64,000 nucleotides of DNA from Planctomycetota bacterium (GTDB lineage Bacteria > Planctomycetota > UBA8742 > UBA2392). A program made the translations under genes and the position numbers. Positions 10,576-20,871 of the stretch are shown in pieces. Location of the stretch: assembly GCA_016722065.1 (NCBI GenBank), contig JADKGX010000002.1, forward strand, positions 57,301 through 121,300, given 5' to 3'. Numbering within the stretch: position 1 is the first letter of the stretch; every line of letters starts with the position of its first letter. The notes under the pieces were generated by a model. The model worked only from the letters and a program-made list of their open reading frames with translations. It was not told where the DNA came from and did no database searches.

Positions 10576-11033
10576 ACGGTTTTTCATGGGTTGTGGAAGG
10601 CGAAATCGCGGGCATGGCCCGGCCCCATGGCCGAGACCAGGGCCTTTGGCCTTGGCTTGCGCAGCAAGGGATCAAGCTGATCGTCAGCCTGACAACCAGT
10701 GCGCCGGATGCCAACGTGCTGGCTTCCCTGGGCATGGATTTGTTGCACGTGCCAATTGAGGATTTCTCGGCCCCGTCGGCGCCAGAGATTGAGGCGTTTC
10801 TTCAGACCGCACGCTTTTACCGCCACGAACACAAGCCGATCGTCGTGCATTGCGGCGCGGGCATGGGCCGCACGGGAACCTTGATTGCCTGTTACCTGGT
10901 CGATGGCGGCATGAGCGCGCAAGACGCCATTGCGCTGGTGCGAAAGCGCAGGCCCGGAAGCATTGAAACCCAGGATCAGGAACAGGCCGTACAGGAATTG
11001 GCGCGGACCAAGGGCAAAGGGCATGGGCCATAG
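10572..11033 (+). CDS. Dual-specificity / tyrosine protein phosphatase
   Basis: HCGAGMGRTG (CX5R) motif and IEDFSAP acid loop. Confidence 0.92.
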   Translation: MNGFSWVVEGEIAGMARPHGRDQGLWPWLAQQGIKLIVSLTTSAPDANVLASLGMDLLHVPIEDFSAPSAPEIEAFLQTARFYRHEHKPIVVHCGAGMGRTGTLIACYLVDGGMSAQDAIALVRKRRPGSIETQDQEQAVQELARTKGKGHGP

Positions 11034-11185
11034 CGACAGGCGGTTAGATCGGCGGTTTTTGAATTTCGGTTTTGGGTCTTGGGGCACCGGGATTGCTGGG
11101 CACCAAGAACCCGAACCTGCACCCGAACCCCAATTCTCAACCGCCGCCCAATGCCCTGACCCCGATGCCCAAGGCCTGACCTGAC

Positions 11186-12454
11186 ATGCACATTGCCATT
11201 GTACGCACTGAATTTGCGGCTTCGCGCGGCGGCGCGGAACGGTATGCCGTGAATCTGGCACGCACCTGGCTTGATCAAGGCCATCGCATCACGGTGGTCT
11301 GCGCAAAGCACGACCCGCAGGATACCCAGGGCATGCAAGTGGCCACAGTTTCGCGGCCCAAGCTGCTGGGCCCCTGGAAACATCGCTGGTTTGCCGGCAA
11401 CGCAGGTGAAGTAGCAAACGCCACCGGCGCAGATGCGATCTTGTGCCTGGCCCGCGCATATCCTGGCGATTTGCTGCGCCTGGGCGACGGGCTGCACCGT
11501 TCGTGGCTTGGCGCGCGTTACCCGAACCTGGCCCGCCGCCGCCGCGCGTTGCTGAACCCCCGCCACCGGGAGCTGTTGAAGCTCGAACAGCAGATGTTCT
11601 TTCCCGGTCGCTTTCAGCTTTATGTGGCCAACAGCGAAATGATCAAGCGCGCTGTCACGCACATGTATGGCGTAGATCCTGCGCGCATTCTGGTCATTCC
11701 CAATGGCGTTGATACCGCACGCTTTCAGCCTGTCCCCGCAACGCGGCGTGGAGAGTTGCGTGCCTTGCTGGGCCTGCCTGGCGATGCACGAATTGTGCTG
11801 TTCAGCGGCATGGACTTTCGCCGCAAGGGCTTGCTGCAAGCCGTGCAGGGTTTCATTCAACTTGTCAAAGCAGCGCCCAACCGCGACCGCCTGCTGTTTG
11901 CCTGCGTTGGCAAAGGCGATTCCAGCTTTGCCCAGTACGCGCTGGCCCAGGCCGGGCTTTCCACCCAGGCGCGCTTTGAGCCAGCTACCAGCGCCATTGA
12001 GCAATGGTACGGCGCCAGCGACGTGCTGCTGCTGCCAACCATGCACGACCCCAGTGCCAATGCAGTTACGGAGGCCCTGGCATGCGGACTGCCGGTCGTG
12101 ACCAGCAGTGAAAACGGCGCACGTCAGCACATTGTGCAGGGGCGCAACGGCGTGGTTCTCAAGGACCGCACCGATGCCGGTGCCATGGCCCGCGCCTGCC
12201 GCTTGTTGTTGGACGCTGCCGCCAGCCAGGAAAGCATTGCCCGCATGTCTGGGCTGATGACCACCGGCGACAACGCCGCAGCCATGTTGAGCGCGCTGAA
12301 TCAGGCTGTGGCCCTGCGTGGCCAGGCCAAAGCGGCCGGCCCCTACGTGGCCAGTGGCAACCAAGCTGCAATCTTGCGCCAACTCAAGCGCCAGATGTGG
12401 GCCAGCGGCGACACGCGCGACTATCGGCAGGTGTTTCGTCAGATGCAGAAGTAG
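11186..12454 (+). CDS. Glycosyltransferase family 4 (WaaG-like)
   Basis: GGAERY, IPNGVD, FRRKGL and DPSANAVTEALACGLPV motifs. Confidence 0.9.
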   Translation: MHIAIVRTEFAASRGGAERYAVNLARTWLDQGHRITVVCAKHDPQDTQGMQVATVSRPKLLGPWKHRWFAGNAGEVANATGADAILCLARAYPGDLLRLGDGLHRSWLGARYPNLARRRRALLNPRHRELLKLEQQMFFPGRFQLYVANSEMIKRAVTHMYGVDPARILVIPNGVDTARFQPVPATRRGELRALLGLPGDARIVLFSGMDFRRKGLLQAVQGFIQLVKAAPNRDRLLFACVGKGDSSFAQYALAQAGLSTQARFEPATSAIEQWYGASDVLLLPTMHDPSANAVTEALACGLPVVTSSENGARQHIVQGRNGVVLKDRTDAGAMARACRLLLDAAASQESIARMSGLMTTGDNAAAMLSALNQAVALRGQAKAAGPYVASGNQAAILRQLKRQMWASGDTRDYRQVFRQMQK

Positions 12455-12460
12455 GCGGTG

Positions 12461-13591
12461 TCAGGCGCCTTGGCGCGCCTCAGGCACATTGGTGTCAAAA
12501 TGCGCCACCGGGGCCTGGTCACAGGCCTGGCGCATTTCCTGCAGGGTAATGCCAAGGTCTGCGGCGTCACCATAAGCCAGCATTTGCTCATGGCCCTGGC
12601 GCCATTGCGCGCGCGCGGCCTGCGCATCGCCAAGCGCCAGCAGCACCAGGGCGTAGCGGCAGCGGTCAAAGGCTTCATAGGGCCGGTTGTAGATGTCCTT
12701 GTGCGTGGCCAGCGCCTGGCGGAAGCTTTGTGCGGCCTCCGGCAGGCGGCCCAATTTGGCCAGCACCACGCCCATGTTGCCGTGCGCAATGCCGTGGGTG
12801 CGCCGGTTGCCTGATTGCAGGGCCATGGCGGCGGCCTGTTCTCCGCAGTGCAGGGCTTGCTCCCATTGGCCTGTGTCAAACAAGTAGACCGCAATGTTGC
12901 CAAGCGCCAGCGATTCGCCCCGCTGGTTGCCGGCGGCTCGATGGGCGTCCAGCGCCTGCTGCTGCAGCGCAAAGGCCTCGGTGGTCAAGCCGCGAGACCG
13001 CTTGATGCTGGCAAGGTTTGTCAGGGCCATGGCTTCGGTCTCACCGTCACCGCATTGGCACGCGATGTCCATGGCTTGCTCAAGCCGGGCATAGGCCTGA
13101 TCCATGCGGCCGCGAACCAGATCAACGACGGCCAGTTTGTGCAGGGCTGAACCCTCCAGCTGGCGGTCGCCTGCGGTACGGGCGATTTCCAGCGATTGCT
13201 GCATGCGCGGCTGTGCTTGATCGGCCAAGCCTGATTGCAGCAGCAAGTCGCCCGCGCGCAGCAGCGCGTCGGCACGCCGAACAGGGTCGTCCTCGAGTCG
13301 CGCGGCGGCTTCCAGCCAGTGCAGGGCCTCGGGGTCGTGCTTGGCGCGGGCAAAGGCTGCCGCGCGCCAACTGTAGGCCAACTCGACCCTGGGCTGGTCC
13401 GCCAGTCGCGCATGCACGGCCAGCTCTGCGGCAATCGCATCGCGTTCGGAATCCGGGTACGTGGCCTCGATGATTGTCAGCGCAAGGCCGTGAAGTTGCC
13501 TGCGCTGGGCCGGAAGCTGAAGGTCATAGGCCGCATCGCGCAGCAGCGCATGGCGAAAAAGGTAGGCCAACTCGGCGTTGGTCTCAGTCAT
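12461..13591 (-). CDS. TPR-repeat protein
   Basis: Repeated 40-aa LxNLA/LGNIA/GNMG TPR_12-type units; N-terminus YLFRHALLRDAAY. Confidence 0.85.
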   Translation of the reverse strand: MTETNAELAYLFRHALLRDAAYDLQLPAQRRQLHGLALTIIEATYPDSERDAIAAELAVHARLADQPRVELAYSWRAAAFARAKHDPEALHWLEAAARLEDDPVRRADALLRAGDLLLQSGLADQAQPRMQQSLEIARTAGDRQLEGSALHKLAVVDLVRGRMDQAYARLEQAMDIACQCGDGETEAMALTNLASIKRSRGLTTEAFALQQQALDAHRAAGNQRGESLALGNIAVYLFDTGQWEQALHCGEQAAAMALQSGNRRTHGIAHGNMGVVLAKLGRLPEAAQSFRQALATHKDIYNRPYEAFDRCRYALVLLALGDAQAARAQWRQGHEQMLAYGDAADLGITLQEMRQACDQAPVAHFDTNVPEARQGA

Positions 13592-13609
13592 GGCGAAAGC
13601 CTGGCCAGG

Positions 13610-13828
13610 CTATCTGCGACTCTTCTTGCTTACGTTGTAGCCGCCCAGGCAGCCCAATAGCACGCCCACAGCCAGCAGGGCAATGCGTTCCATGGGCCAC
13701 TTGCTGAAGCTGGCAATGCTGCCAAGGTCCAGGTTGAAGCCGCTGCTCATGTGAAACAGGTCGACCAGCGCAGCAAGCACCAGCGCCACGCCCAGCACCA
13801 GCACGATCAGTCCGGTTTTCTTGTTCAC
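13610..13828 (-). CDS. Small 2-TM membrane protein
   Basis: GTG start; MNKKTGLIVLVLGVALVLAAL...IALLAVGVLLGCLGGYNVSKKSRR. Confidence 0.65.
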   Translation of the reverse strand: MNKKTGLIVLVLGVALVLAALVDLFHMSSGFNLDLGSIASFSKWPMERIALLAVGVLLGCLGGYNVSKKSRR

Positions 13829-13848
13829 GCTGTCTCCGCGGATAGCCG

Positions 13849-14058
13849 CTACTTCTTCTTGGCGGGTTTCTTGATCATCGAATAGCAGCCGAAAATGGCG
13901 ACAACGGCGCCCACCGAAAGCACGCCCGTGCGCACTGGGGGCCAACCTCCCACCAGCATGTCGCCAGACGCGCCACCGGAACCCATGACGTCAAAGTACG
14001 CAAGCGCAATCACGCCCAAGCCAACCAGCATGAAGATCACGCCGCCCATTTTGCCCAT
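13849..14058 (-). CDS. Small 2-TM membrane protein
   Basis: Same layout as its neighbour; ends GCYSMIKKPAKKK. Confidence 0.65.
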   Translation of the reverse strand: MGKMGGVIFMLVGLGVIALAYFDVMGSGGASGDMLVGGWPPVRTGVLSVGAVVAIFGCYSMIKKPAKKK

Positions 14059-14069
14059 GACTTCTCCTG

Positions 14070-14705
14070 TTATAGCGCCACTGGCTTTGCGGCTGACGCG
14101 ACAAACACGGCCACGTCATCCTGCAGTTTTCCGGACTTGAGTCGAACCAAGTCTACCAAGGCCTTGGGCAAGTCGGGCAGGGGAACCCGCTTTGCCACCT
14201 CACAGATTTTCTCGGGCCGGGTGTACTTGAACAGCCCGTCGCTGGCCACCAGCAGCAGCCCGCCCTGAAGCTTGGCCGTAAACGATACCGGGTCGCTTTG
14301 CCCGCTGCCTACCAGCGGCTTGCGCATCTGATTTTTGGTCAGGTCATTGAACTGGCCGCCATGAATCACCCAGGCTTCGGAATCTCCAGCACTGGCGCCA
14401 CAAACGACCTGGCCGTCGCTTTCGAGCGCGATCAAGGTTGTTTCGCCCGCGTCGCGCGTGCCGCTGACCTGCTTGTCGATGGTATGGAACAGGGCAGGCC
14501 ACTGCGGGGCCAACACCAGGCCCGGCTGGGCACCCAGAACGTCCATGCTTGCTTGAACGGCCGTTTCCGCCGCCAGTGTGCCGCCGCCCATGCCGCCCAT
14601 GCCGTCGGCCAGTGCCACGCCGATCAAGTTGTCGGCTTCCAGCCACAGGATGCGATCCTGGCCAGTGCCCGCGGCGGCTTCAATGTAAGCAGCAACCTGC
14701 AGCAT
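14070..14705 (-). CDS. PP2C-family (PPM) protein phosphatase
   Basis: GQDR, ALADGMGG, GETT, AGDS, ASDGL and QDDVAV motifs. Confidence 0.88.
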   Translation of the reverse strand: MLQVAAYIEAAAGTGQDRILWLEADNLIGVALADGMGGMGGGTLAAETAVQASMDVLGAQPGLVLAPQWPALFHTIDKQVSGTRDAGETTLIALESDGQVVCGASAGDSEAWVIHGGQFNDLTKNQMRKPLVGSGQSDPVSFTAKLQGGLLLVASDGLFKYTRPEKICEVAKRVPLPDLPKALVDLVRLKSGKLQDDVAVFVASAAKPVAL

Positions 14706-15421
14706 TACTGGTAAGCCCCGCCCTTGGGCCGGTACTTTTCGTTGTAGCTGTTGGTGGTGCGGTTGATGACAGCCCACAGGTCCGGGAACTGCGCCTCGTG
14801 GGTGGTTTTCTCCAGTGTGCTTGCCGGAACGCCTTTCAGGCTGGTCACGGCGTCGCCAATGATCCGCTTGACCACATGGAAGTGCCGGAACTTCCAGTGT
14901 TGCAGTTCCTGGTCAAACTCGTGCATCGCCCAGGTCAGGTCATACAAGTCCTGGTGCTTGGCGCGGTCCTGGTGAATTACGTCCAGCGTCACGCCGCGTT
15001 GCTTGATCAGCGCTTCAAAGGCCGTCAGAACCGGCGGCACGGCCTTGTGCAGCGCCTTGTAAGTGGGGCTTTCCTGCCCGCTGCCCTTGCCAAGGCCCAT
15101 GCGGATTTTGTGGTAATCCCAGGGTGCCATGCTGCGCGGAAACTCCAGGCTGTCGGCCAGAAAGCGCAGAATCTGCCCGCTGCGCGAAAGAAACCGTGTG
15201 GCTTCATGCAGGTTGCCACTGCCCATCCAGGTAACGGACTGGTCCAGGTGCTGGATCACGACCTTGAGCCACAGCTCCATGGCCTGGTGAACAACCTGAA
15301 ACAGCAACTCTTCTTCGTTGGCCCATTGGTCAGGGGTCTTTTGCAGCTTGTAGAGCTCCTGGGTACGAATGTAGCGCTCATAGTCGCTGGTGCCGTCGCC
15401 AAAAGAGGACTGGTAGGTCAT
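14705..15421 (-). CDS. kynA: Tryptophan 2,3-dioxygenase family protein
   Basis: YERYIRTQEL, EELLFQVVHQAMELW, GSGQESP, RIIG and FPDLW motifs. Confidence 0.88.
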   Translation of the reverse strand: MTYQSSFGDGTSDYERYIRTQELYKLQKTPDQWANEEELLFQVVHQAMELWLKVVIQHLDQSVTWMGSGNLHEATRFLSRSGQILRFLADSLEFPRSMAPWDYHKIRMGLGKGSGQESPTYKALHKAVPPVLTAFEALIKQRGVTLDVIHQDRAKHQDLYDLTWAMHEFDQELQHWKFRHFHVVKRIIGDAVTSLKGVPASTLEKTTHEAQFPDLWAVINRTTNSYNEKYRPKGGAYQ

Positions 15422-15550
15422 GGTTCGCCTTTCCTGTTGCACCCTTGATATAGCCGGGGCGGGCCTTCGGCCATAGGCAAGGGTGACAAGCCCGGGCTTG
15501 GCGGCCTGCGGCCCCTAGCCTGTGGCGGCAATGCGAAGCATCATCCGGAC

Positions 15551-16051
15551 ATGCGCGTTGGAATTGGTTACGACATTCATGCCCTGGTGGAAGGCCGCAA
15601 GCTGATCATCGGTGGCGTACATGTGCCGCACGATCGCGGCTGCATGGGCCATTCCGATGCCGACCCGCTGCTGCACGCCATCATTGACGCCATGCTGGGT
15701 GCGGCCGGGCTGGGCGATATCGGGGAACACTTTCCGGATACCGACGCCAAGTACAAGGACGCTGACAGCGCCGTGCTGTTAAAGCACACGGTAGGCCTGG
15801 TGCGGCGCCGCGGCTGGGAAGTAGAAAACGTCGATTGCAACGTGATTGCCCAGGCACCCAAGTTGAAGCCCTACAAGAACCAGATGGAGTCACGCATCGC
15901 GACGCTGATTGAGATTGATACAGACCGCGTGAACGTGAAAGCCAAGACCAACGAGAGCTTTGATTCGGTGGGCAAAAAAGAGGCCATCGCCACCCAGGCC
16001 GTGGTGCTGCTGAAGAAGGCTCGTGCGTCGCGGCCTGAACGCGAAGTCTAG
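15551..16051 (+). CDS. ispF: 2-C-methyl-D-erythritol 2,4-cyclodiphosphate synthase
   Basis: MRVGIGYDIH, GHSDAD, GDIGEHFPDTD, NVKAKT. Confidence 0.97.
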   Translation: MRVGIGYDIHALVEGRKLIIGGVHVPHDRGCMGHSDADPLLHAIIDAMLGAAGLGDIGEHFPDTDAKYKDADSAVLLKHTVGLVRRRGWEVENVDCNVIAQAPKLKPYKNQMESRIATLIEIDTDRVNVKAKTNESFDSVGKKEAIATQAVVLLKKARASRPEREV

Positions 16052-16096
16052 GCTCGCGCCGCAATCGGCGCATCAACAACTGGCAAACAGGCAACC

Positions 16097-17920
16097 ATGT
16101 CCGTGCTGAAGCTGAAAAACACCTACACCAAGCGGCTGGAAGTTTTCCAGCCCCTGGATCCGCAAGGCCAGCGCGTGACGATGTATTCGTGCGGCCCGAC
16201 GGTTTACAACTTCGTGCACATTGGCAACTTTCGCAGCTTTCTGTTTGCCGACATTCTGCGCCGAACGCTGCAACGCAATGGCTATGAAGTGCGGCAGGTC
16301 ATGAACATTACTGACGTCGGCCACATGACCGAAGATCACCTCGCTGATGCAGAAGGCGAGGACAAGCTGGCCGTGGCCGCGCGCAAGCTGGGCAGCGACC
16401 CGTTCAAGGTGGCGCTGCATTTTGAGCAGGCCTTTGAACACGACGCCCGGGCCCTGCGCCTGCGCGTGTACCAGGGTGGCGAAGCTGGCGACCCGGCCCT
16501 GCACCCCCGCGCGACGCGGCACATTGCTGAAATGCTGCTGGCGATTCAGAAGCTGATTGAAGAAGGCTTTGCCTACGTTGTGGAAAGTGGCGAAGTGTAC
16601 TTTGAGGTCAGCAAATTCCCCGAATATGGCCAGTTGTCGGGCAAAGTGCTGGAAGATCTGGAGGCCGGCGCGCGCGTGGAAGTGCGCGACGAAAAGCGCG
16701 ACCCGCGCGACTTTGCGCTGTGGAAGGTCGACACCAAACACCTGATGCAATGGGACCCGCACAGCGAAAAGGGCTGGCAGCCCGAGGACTGGAAGCGCTT
16801 GCGCGAACTTGCGCCCAATGGCGTTGACGCGAAAATCAAACCCGGCTTCCCCGGCTGGCACATTGAATGCAGCGCGATGTCGCGCGCGCATTTGGGGCAC
16901 ACGATCGACATTCACACCGGTGGTGAAGACAACATTTTCCCGCACCATGAGTGCGAGATCGCCCAAAGCTATGGCGCCTTCAAAACCTGCGTGCACGGCC
17001 CGCATGGCGCGCCCGACGAAGGCAGCCAGCGCAAGACCTTTGCCCGCTATTGGGTGCATGGACGCTTCCTGCTGGTCAACAACCGCAAGATGTCCAAGCG
17101 TGACGGCAACTTCTATACCGTCAAAGACCTGCTGGACCCGCGGGGGCAGGACCGCGAGCCCCTGGCACTGGAACTCGAGAAACTTGGCTTTGCCGGCGGC
17201 AAAGTGCCGGCCAACGTGCTGCGCTTTGCCTTGATTTCGAACCAGTACACCCAGCCCATGAATTTCAGCCTGGAGGCGCTGGCCGCCGCAAAGGCCAGTG
17301 TGGAGCGCATCCAGACCCGGTTTGACAAGCTGCGTGAGACCCTGGGCGACGGAACCAACCCGGACAGCAACCTGACGGCCAGCGGCGCCGTGATTGAGTT
17401 GGTCAACCGCGCCGAGACCGAGTTCGACGACGCGCTGAACGACAACCTGAACACGCCCAACGCCCTGGCCGCTGTATTCAAGGCCGTGGGGGAACTCAAC
17501 AGCATGCAACTGGGCCCTGCCGAAGCGCGCGAGGCAATGCGGCTGCTGGACAGCTTTGATGAAGTGCTGGATGTATTGGACCGCACCGAACGCGGCGGAT
17601 TGATCACGCGTGAACAAGTGCAAGCCTGGCTGGAGCCCGAAAGTTTGCGCCGCAAAGCGGAGGCTTTAAAGCATTGGGCCCAAGCGCCCGACCGCGAACA
17701 GTTGTGGGAGCGCATCGAAGCCGGGCAGTTGCCGGCCTTTGAGGAAACAGCGGTGGTCGAAAGCATGGACGGTGCGATGGTGGAGCTGTTCGTGGCGATT
17801 CGCCAAAACGCCCGCAAATCCAAAGACTTCAAGGTAGCCGACGGTGTCCGTGACGACCTGAAGAAACGCGGCGTGATGATTGAGGACACCGCCCAGGGCT
17901 TTCGCTGGGTCAGGGCTTGA
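16097..17920 (+). CDS. cysS: Cysteine-tRNA ligase
   Basis: [42 protein letters not shown]; several lineage-specific insertions. Confidence 0.97.
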   Translation: MSVLKLKNTYTKRLEVFQPLDPQGQRVTMYSCGPTVYNFVHIGNFRSFLFADILRRTLQRNGYEVRQVMNITDVGHMTEDHLADAEGEDKLAVAARKLGSDPFKVALHFEQAFEHDARALRLRVYQGGEAGDPALHPRATRHIAEMLLAIQKLIEEGFAYVVESGEVYFEVSKFPEYGQLSGKVLEDLEAGARVEVRDEKRDPRDFALWKVDTKHLMQWDPHSEKGWQPEDWKRLRELAPNGVDAKIKPGFPGWHIECSAMSRAHLGHTIDIHTGGEDNIFPHHECEIAQSYGAFKTCVHGPHGAPDEGSQRKTFARYWVHGRFLLVNNRKMSKRDGNFYTVKDLLDPRGQDREPLALELEKLGFAGGKVPANVLRFALISNQYTQPMNFSLEALAAAKASVERIQTRFDKLRETLGDGTNPDSNLTASGAVIELVNRAETEFDDALNDNLNTPNALAAVFKAVGELNSMQLGPAEAREAMRLLDSFDEVLDVLDRTERGGLITREQVQAWLEPESLRRKAEALKHWAQAPDREQLWERIEAGQLPAFEETAVVESMDGAMVELFVAIRQNARKSKDFKVADGVRDDLKKRGVMIEDTAQGFRWVRA

Positions 17921-18467
17921 TTTGCGCCTGTGCCTTGCTGGCTGGCTTGGGATTGCGAACTGAGGGCCGCCAGTACTGATACCAGCAACCCAGCAGGGCG
18001 CAGCACATCAGTATCATGCCGCCCAAGGATCCCACGGTCGCCACAAGCGACGCGACTCCATATTCGAATGGCAACTGCGCCTGCAGCGCCCATTGGTCGT
18101 TTGACGGTCCGTACACAATTGCCATGGCTTCGATGGGGGCGGTAAGCGACGCATTCTTGTACTTTTCGAATTCGGCCGGCAGGACCTCAACCTCCTGGGT
18201 TGCTCCAGTTTCTCCGGCAGGGAATCGTGCGGTCAGGTAGTAGCGGTCCCAGGCATAATCCAGGACGATCACTGTCTGGGTGCGGGCAAAGATTACCTGG
18301 CCTTTTTGGAGCTGGCCGTGGCGCTCGATGTTGTGCCAGTGCAGGTAGCAGGACAGACCGTAGACGCCGACCGCCAGCCCCATCAGCAGCAGCGACAGCG
18401 CAATGAACACCATTTTGCCAGGCGTGCTGTCACCGTCGGGTGTGCGAAGGTACTTGCTTAGGCTCAT
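17910..18467 (-). CDS. Hypothetical 2-TM membrane protein
   Basis: TM - soluble domain - TM layout. Confidence 0.6.
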   Translation of the reverse strand: MSLSKYLRTPDGDSTPGKMVFIALSLLLMGLAVGVYGLSCYLHWHNIERHGQLQKGQVIFARTQTVIVLDYAWDRYYLTARFPAGETGATQEVEVLPAEFEKYKNASLTAPIEAMAIVYGPSNDQWALQAQLPFEYGVASLVATVGSLGGMILMCCALLGCWYQYWRPSVRNPKPASKAQAQIKP

Positions 18468-18546
18468 GGATTCAGGCTAGCCGATCCTGCGGCTGCAAGA
18501 AACCCTGGTCGCTTCGACAGCACCTGGGTGATGGGCCGTTGCGGTA

Positions 18547-19044
18547 TCAGCCCTCTTTGGCCGCCACGCCGGGCTTGAATTCGGCGTACACGTACACCGG
18601 AATCTTCACGTCATCCAGCACTTTGTGCAGCAGCGGGTGAACCTCTTTCCAGTCCAACCCACCCACACCTGTGGCCAGGCGCGGCAAAGCCAGGCTGGTA
18701 AGCTTTTCGCTTTCGATCAGCTTCTTGAGTGCATGCAACGCGTGGTTCAGGTTGGCAATGCTGGCTTTGCCGGGGTGCTTGCCACTTGCGGGTGCTGGCT
18801 CCTGGGTCAACAGGTTCACTACGCGGCGGGTTTGACCGTTCTTGTCGACACCACCCCAAATCCAGGCCTCGCCGGGCTTGGGCTTGTAGATGTGGCACCA
18901 GTGGCGGAAGTCGCCCACCATGGCCGGAAAGCGTTCTCGCAGCGCCATGGCCAGGCCCTGTTTGAAATCATCGTTGGGGCCAATGCCGTGGGCAATGGCC
19001 TGGGCCGAAGTCAGCAGAATGTCGCCAGAAACGGGCTTGAGCAT
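18547..19044 (-). CDS. Macro domain protein
   Basis: VSGDIL, AHG, GLAMALRERFP, NLLTQ and SLALPRLATGVGGLDW motifs. Confidence 0.88.
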   Translation of the reverse strand: MLKPVSGDILLTSAQAIAHGIGPNDDFKQGLAMALRERFPAMVGDFRHWCHIYKPKPGEAWIWGGVDKNGQTRRVVNLLTQEPAPASGKHPGKASIANLNHALHALKKLIESEKLTSLALPRLATGVGGLDWKEVHPLLHKVLDDVKIPVYVYAEFKPGVAAKEG

Positions 19045-19139
19045 GTAGGGTGCCTCCGTGGATGCGCACATTATGGATCGGGCGTGGCGCAACGATAGTG
19101 CCTGTAGCTGGACCCGAATTGTCCAGTACCGCAGCACAA

Positions 19140-19793
19140 TCAAGGCGCGCGGCCCAGCCGCTGCAGTGCGTCAGATTCCAGAATGTGAAAACCCGTCTTG
19201 GGCTGGCTTGCCGCCCGCAGCATGGCCTGTGCAACCACCTGCGCCTGGATCGCCCGATACTTCTTGAGTGGCCCAATCAGCAGGGGCCAAAGCCCGTAAA
19301 ACAGCGGAATCGCCAGCCGTTCGCCAAGCCGGAACTCGCGTCGGTGCCCCAACAGCATTGAAGGGCGCGCCACGTACACCGACGCAAAGCCCAGCGCCTG
19401 CACGTCACTTTCAGTTTGGCCCTTCACGCGCAAGTAGAAGCTGCCAGCTTTGGCCGAAGCGCCAATCGACGATACCAACACGAAGGTGGCCGCCCCTGCG
19501 GCTTTGGCGGCCTGGGCAAAGGACAGCACAAAGTCGTGGTCCACGCGCGCAAATGCCTGCTTTGAGCCGGCAACCTTGATCGTGCTGCCCAGGCAGCAGA
19601 AGGCAACGGTGGGGGCGGCCAAGCCGGGAGCAATTGCCCCAAAGTCTACGACCTGTTGCTGCCACTTGGCGTGCTGGCGCTTGAACTCAGACCGGCCCAG
19701 CGTGACGACGCGGGTCACAGAGGCATCATTCAACAGCAGGTTCAAAAGCTGCCCGCCAACCAGCCCGCTGGCGCCCGCAAGCCAGGCAATCAC
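19140..19793 (-). CDS. NAD(P)-binding Rossmann protein (HTATIP2/YraR-like)
   Basis: AGASGLVG, FCCLGSTIKVAGS, VDHD, FYLRVKG, RPSMLLG. Confidence 0.88.
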   Translation of the reverse strand: MIAWLAGASGLVGGQLLNLLLNDASVTRVVTLGRSEFKRQHAKWQQQVVDFGAIAPGLAAPTVAFCCLGSTIKVAGSKQAFARVDHDFVLSFAQAAKAAGAATFVLVSSIGASAKAGSFYLRVKGQTESDVQALGFASVYVARPSMLLGHRREFRLGERLAIPLFYGLWPLLIGPLKKYRAIQAQVVAQAMLRAASQPKTGFHILESDALQRLGRAP

Positions 19794-19796
19794 GGG

Positions 19797-20813
19797 TTAG
19801 TTGTCCAGCCCGAGGTCCGCAACCAGTTCCAAATCATCCTGTTTGGTGCGGCCGGGGGTGGTCAGGTAGTTGCCCACCATCATGCCGTTGGCGCCTGCCA
19901 GGAAAAGCATCGGCTGCAACTGGCGCAGATGCTGCACGCGGCCGCCCGCGACAAACAGGTCGCTGTGCGGGTTGGTTAGCCGGAACAAGGCAATCGCCTT
20001 GAGGCATTCCAGCGGCTTCATTGGCTTCAGGTGCTCCAGCGGCGTGCCTTTGACGGGCACAAGAAAGTTCAGCGGAATGTGGTCAGGCCGCACCTGTGCC
20101 ACCTGGAACATGAGCTCGACGCGCTGGTCAAGGCTTTCGCCCATGCCCAGAATGCCGCCGCAGCAGGTTTCCAGCCCGACCTGTTTGGCCGTGGTGATGG
20201 TTTCAAAGTTCTCCGACCAATCACGCGTCGTGCAGATCGTTGGGTAGAAGCTGCGCGCGCTTTCCAGGTTGTGGTGATAGACCTGCAAGCCTGCTGCTTT
20301 GAGTTTCTCCAGTACCGGGCGCGAAACTACACCCAGGCTGGCATCGGGCGCGATGCGACCCTTGGCGCGAATGCGGCGCACGGCCTCGCAGATCTGCTCC
20401 AGCATCGGGCCTTCCTGCACGCCTTTGATGGCCGTGACAATGCCGAAGTTGCTGCTGCCGTAGGTGGTCGCGTCGTCGGCTGCGCGCAAGATCGCGTCGG
20501 CGTTCATCAGCGAGTAAGTCTCAACGCCCGTCTGCGGCTGGTATGACGCGCTTTGCGCACAAAACTTGCAGTCTTCGCCACAGGCGCCGGATTTGGCGTT
20601 GACGATGCTGCAACGGTGCAGCGCATCGCCATGGAAGTGGCGTTTCACCAGGTTGGCGGCGTACATCAGGTCTTGCACGCGGTTGTCGGGCAGGTGAATC
20701 AGCCGCAGCGCGGTTTCTTCGTCAAGCCGCCCGCCATCAATGATGAACTCGGCGACATTGACCAAAGCTGCGCTGCCGATGCCTGGCTGTGTGGTGCTGA
20801 TGGTGCCTGCCAT
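19797..20813 (-). CDS. bioB: Biotin synthase
   Basis: NAKSGACGEDCKFCAQS radical-SAM motif, YHHNLES, CCGGILGMGE, GNYLTT. Confidence 0.96.
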   Translation of the reverse strand: MAGTISTTQPGIGSAALVNVAEFIIDGGRLDEETALRLIHLPDNRVQDLMYAANLVKRHFHGDALHRCSIVNAKSGACGEDCKFCAQSASYQPQTGVETYSLMNADAILRAADDATTYGSSNFGIVTAIKGVQEGPMLEQICEAVRRIRAKGRIAPDASLGVVSRPVLEKLKAAGLQVYHHNLESARSFYPTICTTRDWSENFETITTAKQVGLETCCGGILGMGESLDQRVELMFQVAQVRPDHIPLNFLVPVKGTPLEHLKPMKPLECLKAIALFRLTNPHSDLFVAGGRVQHLRQLQPMLFLAGANGMMVGNYLTTPGRTKQDDLELVADLGLDN

Positions 20814-20871
20814 GTTTGTCTCCTGGCCCGCACAGGCCGGATTGCCTGTGCCACTGAACCCAGTTTCTGCG

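Noticed and set aside
11034-11185. Small ORF or ncRNA between the phosphatase and the glycosyltransferase
   Set aside because: Low-complexity GAACCC-type repeats with no RBS-supported start or convincing fold
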